Source: an uncultured Neglectibacter sp. (GTDB taxonomy: Bacteria; Bacillota; Clostridia; Oscillospirales; Acutalibacteraceae). From it: a stretch of 64,000 bases of DNA. The notes under the pieces were generated by a model. That model saw nothing but the letters and a program-made list of their open reading frames with translations. It searched no databases and was not told the origin of the DNA. This document shows, one piece after another, positions 44,306 to 51,833 of the stretch (positions are counted from its first letter, which is position 1; each line of letters begins with the position of its first letter). The DNA lies in NCBI GenBank assembly GCA_947647615.1, contig CANSKS010000001.1, forward strand, positions 26,441 through 90,440, in the 5' to 3' direction. Both the position numbers and the translations under genes were made by a program.

Positions 44306-45079
44306 GTGACTGAGATTATTACTGTAACAAATCAAAAAGGCGGTGTGGGAAAAACTACCACTGCCTCTGCCCTGATCTGTGGGCTCCATCAGCGGGGTGC
44401 CCGGGTATTGGGTGTAGATCTGGACCCTCAGGGAAACCTGGGCTTTACCCTTGGCTTAGACATCGGAGAAACCGATACAATTTACGATGTGCTCTCCGGA
44501 CGGAAGCCCATCGAAAGCTCTATTGTCTCTTCGGAATACGGCGATGTGCTTCCCTCCGATATTATGCTTTCTGCTGCGGAGGTGGAATTTACTGCGCCCC
44601 GCCGCGAATTTTTGCTGGATCAATTTCTGGCTGCTGTACGGTCAAACTATGATTTTATTATCATCGATACTCCGCCCTCTCTCAATATCCTTACTGTGAA
44701 CGCCTATGTGGCTTCTACCGCCCTTATCGTTCCCATGGAAGCTGAAATTTTAAGCCTGGTAGGCATCACTCAGCTGCAGGAAACCATTGAAACCGTGCGC
44801 AGCACCTTTAACCCTCAACTAAAGGTATTGGGAATTTTACTTAATAAGTTTAACCCTAGGCTCACACTTTCCAGAGAGGTGTTGGAACTTGCGGAAGAAG
44901 TGGCCCGGCAGCTTCACAGCCAGGTCTTTACCCCTAAAGTGCGGCGTGGCGTAGACGTGGCGGTAGCTCCTGCTCATGGGCAAAGTGTTTTGTCTTACCG
45001 CCCCCGCTCCAAACCGGCCTTGGACCTGATGGAAGTGGTAAATATTGTCGCGGGGGACAGGTTCCCTCAAAAAAATTAA
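44306..45079 (+). CDS. Orphan ParA/Soj-family ATPase
   Basis: Deviant Walker A 'NQKGGVGKTTT', 'GVDLDPQGN' and 'FIIIDTPPS'. GTG start 9 nt after AGGAGG. No ParB-like gene is adjacent. Confidence 0.9.
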   Translation: MTEIITVTNQKGGVGKTTTASALICGLHQRGARVLGVDLDPQGNLGFTLGLDIGETDTIYDVLSGRKPIESSIVSSEYGDVLPSDIMLSAAEVEFTAPRREFLLDQFLAAVRSNYDFIIIDTPPSLNILTVNAYVASTALIVPMEAEILSLVGITQLQETIETVRSTFNPQLKVLGILLNKFNPRLTLSREVLELAEEVARQLHSQVFTPKVRRGVDVAVAPAHGQSVLSYRPRSKPALDLMEVVNIVAGDRFPQKN

Positions 45080-45173
45080 AGGACGTTTTCGTATGCCATT
45101 TGTCTAAGGAAAAACGGCAAAGCCAGAAAATGATTTTTGAAGAATTTCTAAAAACGAAAGGAAGATATATAGA

Positions 45174-46007
45174 ATGGCGGCTAGCAAAAAAACCACAAAC
45201 TCCAGCAAAACCGCTCATGTTATGAATTTGCTGAGCAAAAATCGGGAGCCTGCCGCCCCCGTCGAAGAAGGAGTGGAACCGGAAAAAGAATCCTCTGCCT
45301 CCCCTTCCCCTAACCTCCCCCCCATTATGGCCTCTCTAAACCCAGATGCCGCGGTTTCCGCCGAGATTAAATCCGCCTTGGAAACAGCTTTGGAAAGTGA
45401 GGTTCCGCCTATTGCAGAGCCTCAAAAAGCCGCCGAAGAGCCCTTGCCTCTGGAAGACGAAAGCCAGGCGTCTCCCTCGGAATCCGAGTCTGCTGGGGAA
45501 GAGGCCGCTCAAATCCAGAAAGAAGAACCGGTTGACACAGCTCCCGAAGAGAAGGCCTCGGAAGAGGAAATTCCGCCCTCTGCAGAACCCCAGGAAGAGC
45601 CTGCTGCTGCGGCAGCTGTTGCGGAAGAGGAGGACTCTTCCAAGACTTCTCCTTCCCAGGAATCAGCGCCCGCCGTTTCCGAGCCTGTTCAGCCTCAGGA
45701 GCCTTTGCCAGTTCCTGCCCTTCAGCCGGAACCGGAGTTGATCTGCTTAAATATTGTGGAAGCCTTGGTAGACGAAAAGGTCGACAAGTACATCAAAATG
45801 TTTGGGCTTTGCACTTGCCCCAGGTGCAGGATGGATGTGAAAGCCTTGGCTTTGACCAGTCTCGTCCCGCAATATGTAGTCATTCCGCCTCACGAACGAA
45901 GCTTTCGTCTGGCTATTTATGAAAGCCGGCTCAGTTCTACCGTGACTGCCCAAATCTTAAACGCCTGCAAAATTGTAATGGAACATCCTCGCCACGACAG
46001 GGCGTAA
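45174..46007 (+). CDS. ComFB-domain protein with a basic N-terminal peptide and a long acidic/Pro-rich linker
   Basis: C-terminal 'LNIVEALVDEKVDKYIKMFGLCTCPRCRMDVKALALTSLVPQYVV' is the ComFB signature. Residues ~30-190 are E/P/A/S low complexity. N-terminus is 'MAASKKTTNSSKTAHVMNLLSKNRE'. Confidence 0.8.
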   Translation: MAASKKTTNSSKTAHVMNLLSKNREPAAPVEEGVEPEKESSASPSPNLPPIMASLNPDAAVSAEIKSALETALESEVPPIAEPQKAAEEPLPLEDESQASPSESESAGEEAAQIQKEEPVDTAPEEKASEEEIPPSAEPQEEPAAAAAVAEEEDSSKTSPSQESAPAVSEPVQPQEPLPVPALQPEPELICLNIVEALVDEKVDKYIKMFGLCTCPRCRMDVKALALTSLVPQYVVIPPHERSFRLAIYESRLSSTVTAQILNACKIVMEHPRHDRA

Positions 46008-46022
46008 GCTTTTTTTCTTTTT

Positions 46023-46064
46023 AAAGAAGCGCTGTGAAAAAGATTTCACAGCGCTTCTTTTTTC
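46023..46064. terminator. Bidirectional rho-independent terminator
   Basis: Perfect 17-bp stem AAAGAAGCGCTGTGAAA (46023-46039) / TTTCACAGCGCTTCTTT (46044-46060), flanked by T-runs on both strands. Confidence 0.8.
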
Positions 46065-46096
46065 ACCCGGCCTTCTTTTCCGGCCTAGGCGTTCTT

Positions 46097-47389
46097 TTAT
46101 TCCTCAGGTTCAGGTTCAGGGGCAGGAGCCTGGGGTGCCGCGTCCGCATAAGGGTGCGTCAGCTGCTGCCAAAGGGCCTCTACGTTTTCCATGCAGATAA
46201 AATAGACGCTGGTCAGCAGATTATCGGGAATTCCCAATTCCTTGGCCAATTCCGTGATCTTTTCCCAGTCAGCGCTCTCGTAGCTGAGCACCAGCTCATA
46301 CAGCTTGCCGCACCTGCCGCTCTTATAGAGCAATGCTTCCTTGATGGACTCTTCCAAAGGTACCTCTTCCAAAATCTCTTCCATGGGAGCATCCACCAGG
46401 TAACCCAAGGTGGAAAACATACCCATCAAATAAGCCTCGGCTTTGGAAATCGGCATGTCTTTGGCATAGTTCATCAGCTCGCTGCTGAAGTTGGCGCGCA
46501 TAAAAGAAAGCTTCAAAAACTCCTCAGAATCCGGATCAAACTGATTTTCCGCATTACTGGCACTCAACAAATAAATCCACTGTTTCAATTGTCCCAAGCC
46601 CAGGGTCATAATCGCCTGGTGAATGGTGGTGGCGCGGTGGCGCAAAGCGAAGAAAGCAGAATTCGCCATTTTCAGCAGTCCATAGGTCAGGTTGGCGTCT
46701 GCGGCGATCAATTCCTCTATCTCATCCACGTTGGGCTCATCCCGAGTCACAGCCACCATCAGGCGGAAAAAGTTGCCTTGCAGGTAGCTTCCGGAATGAG
46801 TTTTTGTGGCAATTTGCTCCGCCACATAGGGGCCCTCTACTGCGTCTACTCCCATGCCCAATAACTTCTGGTACAGCTCGGCGCTGTCAATATTGGTGGC
46901 AATACATTTTTTGCTCATCCCATGAGCGATCTCTATAATATTATGTATGGTGATATCGTTGATACTTTTAGGGTTGATTTTGATATAGTCAATATCGTCC
47001 ATCAACGCCAAATATCTGGGAGCGAATTGAAACTCGTTTACCGCGATTTTGTAGCCTTCCTGAGCGTATTGCTTCACAAAATGCATAGATAAGGGATGAA
47101 TTATCACGCTGTCATCAATTTGAATAACCAGTTCAGATTTATCAAAAAGCCTGGGTGTCTTCTTCATCAACAGCATGGTGGTAAAGGTCATAAAGTTCAA
47201 GGAATTCTTGAACACCTTTGTGGTATTCTGCGTCAGAAAATTATAGATGGTATCTGCAGCGGCAAACTCATTGGTAGCAGCCGTATCATCGCTGAAAGCC
47301 TGATTTTCCCCATGGTACAAGATCTCATGGCCTATGATTTTCCCCTCGGCATCTTTGATCTGCTGCCGGACAATATATTTGCTGCTCAT
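46097..47389 (-). CDS. EAL-like + HDOD domain signalling protein (COG3434-type)
   Basis: N-terminal 'VRQQIKDAEGKIIGHEILYHG' (EAL-type start). HDOD 'LLKMANSAFFALRHRATTIHQAIMTLGLGQLKQWIYLL'. Last gene of the long minus-strand operon. Confidence 0.8.
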   Translation of the reverse strand: MSSKYIVRQQIKDAEGKIIGHEILYHGENQAFSDDTAATNEFAAADTIYNFLTQNTTKVFKNSLNFMTFTTMLLMKKTPRLFDKSELVIQIDDSVIIHPLSMHFVKQYAQEGYKIAVNEFQFAPRYLALMDDIDYIKINPKSINDITIHNIIEIAHGMSKKCIATNIDSAELYQKLLGMGVDAVEGPYVAEQIATKTHSGSYLQGNFFRLMVAVTRDEPNVDEIEELIAADANLTYGLLKMANSAFFALRHRATTIHQAIMTLGLGQLKQWIYLLSASNAENQFDPDSEEFLKLSFMRANFSSELMNYAKDMPISKAEAYLMGMFSTLGYLVDAPMEEILEEVPLEESIKEALLYKSGRCGKLYELVLSYESADWEKITELAKELGIPDNLLTSVYFICMENVEALWQQLTHPYADAAPQAPAPEPEPEE

Positions 47390-47400
47390 AAATGTTCTCC

Positions 47401-48312
47401 TTATCCATAATGCTTTGCCAGCAACCGGTCCATCACATCTACCAAATGCCCAATTTCCGGTTTGCTCAGCTGTTCATCGGCGCCTAGTTGTTTTCCTTTA
47501 ACCCGCATTTCGTTTGTAATCAGGGACGAGAAAATAATCACCGGCAGTTCCCGGAGGGTCTCGTCATCTTTAATCAGCTTTGTTAGCCTGTGACCATCCA
47601 TCTGCGGCATTTCGATATCGGTAATAACCAGCGCGGCCTTTTTTTTGTCCCGATTTGCCTGGAGAAAATCCCACAGTTCCTGGCCGTTGGGAAACATGGT
47701 CACATTCACATAACCGGATTTGTGCAGTGCTTCTTCGATCATTTTAGAAAGCAAAATAGAATCTTCCGCCACCAGAATAGGCATTTCCCGGCATTCCCGG
47801 TAACCCATTTTCTCGATCTCAGAAAGCTGGATTCCTGTTTGAGGCGCAATTTCGGCCACAATTTTCTCAAAATCCAGGATGGTAACGAGTTCCCCGTCAC
47901 ATTGGGCAATCCCTGTCGCCACACCTTCTTCACCGCCCGAAACCGTATTGTCGGGCTTATGGATATCTTCCCAGGAAATGCGGCTAATTCCCACCACTGT
48001 ATGCACCCGGAAAGCAATATACATCTTATTGAAGTTGGTGATGATAAATAAATCCTTTTCCCCCCGTTCGCTGGACTCCCCGTTCAGGTACTTTGGCAAA
48101 TCCACCACAGTAATCACAATGTCACGGGGCTTAAAAATTCCCTCTACGGCCGGATGAGTGTGAGGCATGGATTTTACCGGTTCATTCATCGAAATTTCCC
48201 GTACCTTGGCCACATTGATCCCGTAAAGATTGTCTTCGATGGTAAACTCCATGATCTCGATCTCGTTGGTGCCAGATTCCAGCAGAATCCCTTTTTTGCT
48301 GTCTTCCATCAT
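47401..48312 (-). CDS. cheV: Chemotaxis protein CheV (CheW-like + receiver)
   Basis: 'LESGTNEIEIMEFTIEDNLYGINVAKVREI' CheW-like domain. Receiver 'ILVAEDSILL', 'VITDIEMPQMDG' and 'LSKP'. ATG 48312 follows GGAGGGAG. The ORF track starts at 48357, inside cheD. Confidence 0.9.
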   Translation of the reverse strand: MMEDSKKGILLESGTNEIEIMEFTIEDNLYGINVAKVREISMNEPVKSMPHTHPAVEGIFKPRDIVITVVDLPKYLNGESSERGEKDLFIITNFNKMYIAFRVHTVVGISRISWEDIHKPDNTVSGGEEGVATGIAQCDGELVTILDFEKIVAEIAPQTGIQLSEIEKMGYRECREMPILVAEDSILLSKMIEEALHKSGYVNVTMFPNGQELWDFLQANRDKKKAALVITDIEMPQMDGHRLTKLIKDDETLRELPVIIFSSLITNEMRVKGKQLGADEQLSKPEIGHLVDVMDRLLAKHYG

Positions 48313-48331
48313 CGTTCTCGCTCCCTCCAAA

Positions 48332-48811
48332 TTAAATGATCGTCTCCGGTTTTCCATAACTGCGAATACATCCTAAGCCGTTAGAAACATCAAACAGAAG
48401 TGTGCGAGCCACAGAGCCCCCTACATCTTCTTTCAAGATCTGGATCCCTTCGCGCTTTAGAACCATTCGCACACTTTCAATATTCCGCTGCCCTATATTG
48501 CCTAAGGAGCCGCCGCTGACTTCAAACATCTTGGCCCCTCCGGCAATTTTTGCCGTAATGCGACTGCGGCGGGCGCCCTTCCCCTCCATTTGTTTCAAGG
48601 TTTCCCGTATGCCGGTATCTGCATATTTTAGGGGACTTTTCCGCCCTGCTTCCATATTCAGAGGAAGCATAATATGAACTAACGCTCCTAACTTGATTTG
48701 AGCATCGTAAAGGCAAATCCCAATACAGGATCCCAAAGCATAGGTCACCAGCATGCCGCTACCGCGAGCCATTTTCATATCCGCAATACCAATTACCAGC
48801 TTATCAGCCAC
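48332..48811 (-). CDS. cheD: Chemoreceptor glutamine deamidase CheD
   Basis: 'LVTYALGSCIGICLYD', 'GALVHIMLP' and 'AKIAGGAKMF'. GTG start overlapping the cheC stop. Confidence 0.9.
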   Translation of the reverse strand: MADKLVIGIADMKMARGSGMLVTYALGSCIGICLYDAQIKLGALVHIMLPLNMEAGRKSPLKYADTGIRETLKQMEGKGARRSRITAKIAGGAKMFEVSGGSLGNIGQRNIESVRMVLKREGIQILKEDVGGSVARTLLFDVSNGLGCIRSYGKPETII

Positions 48812-49430
48812 CGTTCACGCCCAGCTTTCTCAGCAAGAAATTTAAGGATCTCACATCCGGCGACAAAAGTAGCCTGCAAGAAACCACCTTGTCATCGCAA
48901 ACAAAATTGCCGCCTATTGTCATAATATAATCGGACTGACCACCGTATTCCGCCATAGGTACTGCCAAAATAGCCCCTTGCATATCTACCGTAAAAGCTG
49001 GCACACTCAGCTCTATAGAAATGCCGGCCAAACCGGAAAGGGCATTGATGAAGGTGGAAATCATAATATTTCCTACCTCTACCAAAGCGGAATTTTCAAT
49101 GTTGCGCAGTTGGCTGTAATCTTCCACCGTTTTGTTCAGAACACTTTCCAACACCAAATTGGCAAAATCTAGCTGCTGCACCGAAAGCATAATACCGTTA
49201 ATCTCGCCGCTCATTCTCACCAACACACCGGCGGTGATCTCCTCCGCGCCGCCAATCCACTCTATGGCTTCATTATAACCCATAATGCGAACTTCCGGCA
49301 TGGTGATACGAACTTCCTTGTTCAGCAAGGCAGAAAGGGAGGTGGCGGAATTTCCCGTGCCAATACTTCCGATTTCCCGCAAGGTGTCAATCTGCAGGGA
49401 ATCCAGCTCGTCATAGTTTCTAATTTCCAT
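48804..49430 (-). CDS. cheC: CheY-P phosphatase CheC
   Basis: 'DTLREIGSIGTGNSATSLSALLNKEV' plus a second repeat 'ALVEVGNIMISTFINALS'. ATG 49430 lies 7 nt after GAGAGGAG. Confidence 0.85.
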   Translation of the reverse strand: MEIRNYDELDSLQIDTLREIGSIGTGNSATSLSALLNKEVRITMPEVRIMGYNEAIEWIGGAEEITAGVLVRMSGEINGIMLSVQQLDFANLVLESVLNKTVEDYSQLRNIENSALVEVGNIMISTFINALSGLAGISIELSVPAFTVDMQGAILAVPMAEYGGQSDYIMTIGGNFVCDDKVVSCRLLLSPDVRSLNFLLRKLGVNGG

Positions 49431-49443
49431 CAAATTGCTCCTC

Positions 49444-50202
49444 TCAGCTGCGCAGGCTATTTATTGTTGTCTCTATCTCGTCGGAGGTCTGCACCATTTT
49501 CAGGGCCATACTGTAAGTACGCTGGGCTTCAATCACTTTGGTAATCTCGTCCGCCAGGTCCACGTTGGACTGTTCCAGCACACCCTGCCGGACAATCCCG
49601 GTTCCAAGCCACAGGTTTCCGTTCTTTTCCACCGGCAAAAAACGGGTGTCGGAAAGGTGGGCCATACCGTCATAATTGGTGAAGTCAAAAACGCCTATGG
49701 GCAATGCCTCCATATCTTCGTTATTGCCATCTGGAACAGGGATCAGGTCGCCTACATTGCTCAGCACAAAACGCCCCTCACCGTCGGAAAGGTAATACCG
49801 ATCCTCCATAATGGGGTTTCCAGCCGCATCCTGGCCCACAGCACGCCGCAGAGAAGCCTTGGTAAAGGCGCCATTTCGGGTAAAGCTCACCTCGTTCGTG
49901 GTCAAGTCTACCAGTCCGAAGAAGCCCTCGCCCTCAATCATATGATCCAAGGGTCTGCCAGTGGTAAGCACGCCGCTGGTGTTAAAATCGGTAGAGGTCA
50001 TCAGCATTCGAGCACCTACGCCTACGGGAAGCTCCTCCCCTTCCTGAATGCTAATCAAGTTTTGATAAATCAGGTTGGTGAACCTGGCTTTTTCCGCCCG
50101 GAATCCGTAGGTGTTTACATTGGCTATGTTATTGCCCTGTACATTCATCCGAAGCATCTGCTGCTGCGCGCCCAAAGCGCCCACATAAAAAGATTGATTC
50201 AT
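49444..50202 (-). CDS. flgG: Flagellar distal rod protein FlgG-like
   Basis: N-terminal 'LRMNVQGNNIANVNTYGFR' and C-terminal 'GVLEQSNVDLADEITKVIEAQRTYSMALKMVQTSDEI'. Confidence 0.8.
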   Translation of the reverse strand: MNQSFYVGALGAQQQMLRMNVQGNNIANVNTYGFRAEKARFTNLIYQNLISIQEGEELPVGVGARMLMTSTDFNTSGVLTTGRPLDHMIEGEGFFGLVDLTTNEVSFTRNGAFTKASLRRAVGQDAAGNPIMEDRYYLSDGEGRFVLSNVGDLIPVPDGNNEDMEALPIGVFDFTNYDGMAHLSDTRFLPVEKNGNLWLGTGIVRQGVLEQSNVDLADEITKVIEAQRTYSMALKMVQTSDEIETTINSLRS

Positions 50203-50222
50203 CGTTTCAACCCCGCCTTATT

Positions 50223-50972
50223 TTATAGCCGTCCTAAATCGGTAGAGGCCTTTGTCATAACATCGTCGTACATCCGGGAAACCTGGGCCGCGCTTTGAAG
50301 CGCCCGCTGGGAAGTGAGCATAGCCGTCATCTCGTCAATCATAGAAACATTGGAACGCTCCAAATATCTCCAATGCACCAAGGGATTTTCCATCAGCTGG
50401 CCTTGGGCGCCTACAAACATTCCCTCCCGGTTATGCTCCAGCTGAGCGGTGTCTTCAAAATTATAAACCGCCAACCGGGCAATTTGCCGCCCGGCGCTGT
50501 CGTAGATCACGCCCCCCTTGTCGGCATGGATCTTATCTGTGCCCAGCTGGATCGGCTGGCCGTCGTAACCCAAAACCAAACCTTGACCCTGTAGGCGGAG
50601 GTAGCCATCGCCATCCAGAGAAAAGCTTCCCATCCGGGTATAAACCGTTTCTCCTTCCTCTGTACGAATGCCAAAGAAGCCATCGCCCTCAATACCAAAG
50701 TCCAGGTTAATTCCTGTGGGCTCCACAAACCCCTGGGTGTAATCGATATACATTTGGTCGGAAGCGCGAATGTAGCTGATCTCCCCAATATCCTGATAAT
50801 TTTTGTATTTGTTCCCCGCTCGGGCAAACATTACCTCGTCAAAGGTGCTGGATGTATACAAGTCCGATTTATACCCGGCCGTAGAACTGTTCACCATGTT
50901 GTTGGCGATTACATTCAAATTGCGCTGCTGAGTCAGCATACCGGAAGTAAGATTATAAAATCCCTTCAGCAT
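50223..50972 (-). CDS. Flagellar basal-body rod protein (FlgF/FlhO-like)
   Basis: N-terminal 'LTSGMLTQQRNLNVIANNMVNSSTAGYK' and C-terminal 'LERSNVSMIDEMTAMLTSQRALQSAAQV'. Confidence 0.8.
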   Translation of the reverse strand: MLKGFYNLTSGMLTQQRNLNVIANNMVNSSTAGYKSDLYTSSTFDEVMFARAGNKYKNYQDIGEISYIRASDQMYIDYTQGFVEPTGINLDFGIEGDGFFGIRTEEGETVYTRMGSFSLDGDGYLRLQGQGLVLGYDGQPIQLGTDKIHADKGGVIYDSAGRQIARLAVYNFEDTAQLEHNREGMFVGAQGQLMENPLVHWRYLERSNVSMIDEMTAMLTSQRALQSAAQVSRMYDDVMTKASTDLGRL

Positions 50973-50975
50973 TTG

Positions 50976-51833
50976 TCATACCTTCTTTCGTTTCTGTTCT
51001 TTTGGCTTGGTAGAGCTATTTAAATATTGGTCCATATAAATCCGCAGTTTCTGAATCGCCCGGGTGTGGATTTGAGAGATCCTCGGTTCGCTGACCTCCA
51101 TAATCTGGGCGATCTCTTTCATATGCAGGTTTTTTTCATAATAAAGGGAGAGCACCATCTGTTCGTTTTCCCGCAGGGTACGAATTCCCTGCGCCAAAAT
51201 TTCCTGCATTTCCCTATCCTGGAAAGCGGCCTCGGGCTGGCTGTCCCTGTCTTCCGAAGGGATCTCCAACCGCTCCCTTTCCATATCTCCCATATCCATT
51301 AGCGCGTCTAAAGAAAGCACGCTTCCCAAAGCGGCGCTGGCGGAATCTTTATAATATTTATCTACTGTAATCCCTAGTTTTGCAGCGATTTCGGCGTCGG
51401 TAGGAAACCTGCCGTAAAGGCTGTAAAGCTCCGACACCGCCTGTTCGATCTGCCTGGACTGCTGACGAATGTTACGGGGCACCCAATCCTGCTTTCGAGC
51501 CAGATCAATAATCATTCCACGAATGCGTTTCGCTATGTAGGTTTCGAACTTCACACCTTTTTCCGGGTCGAACTTGTCGATGGCCCGAAGCAAGGTAAGA
51601 ATTCCTTCGCTAATGATATCGTCCACCTGAGCAAAGCTGCTGTATACACCCCGAGCCTGCAAGGCCGCGCTTTTGATAAGCCCTTCATACCGCAGCACCA
51701 GCGGCCACTTATAGCTTTCGTTGCCGGTTTCTTTATAGGCGGCCAGCAGCTCTGCCGTGCTCATGCGGTCTATTTCCTCCTGACAAACCTCTGTCCGGGG
51801 TTTGCCAGCTCGCAGGGTTTCCGTTCCGCTCAT
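50976..51833 (-). CDS. fliA: Flagellar sigma factor FliA/SigD (sigma-28)
   Basis: Region 2 'LIKSAALQARGVYSS...DDIISEGILTLLRAIDKFD' and region 4 'SLYYEKNLHMKEIAQIMEVSEPRISQIHTRAIQKLR'. The ATG overlaps the flhA stop (ATGA). Confidence 0.9.
   Translation of the reverse strand: MSGTETLRAGKPRTEVCQEEIDRMSTAELLAAYKETGNESYKWPLVLRYEGLIKSAALQARGVYSSFAQVDDIISEGILTLLRAIDKFDPEKGVKFETYIAKRIRGMIIDLARKQDWVPRNIRQQSRQIEQAVSELYSLYGRFPTDAEIAAKLGITVDKYYKDSASAALGSVLSLDALMDMGDMERERLEIPSEDRDSQPEAAFQDREMQEILAQGIRTLRENEQMVLSLYYEKNLHMKEIAQIMEVSEPRISQIHTRAIQKLRIYMDQYLNSSTKPKEQKRKKV

Noticed and set aside
46034-46864. 276-aa plus-strand ORF opposite the EAL-HDOD gene, and the 287-aa ORF at 49435-50298 opposite the rod genes.
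   Set aside because: Same reasoning: they are antisense to genes with clear domain signatures.
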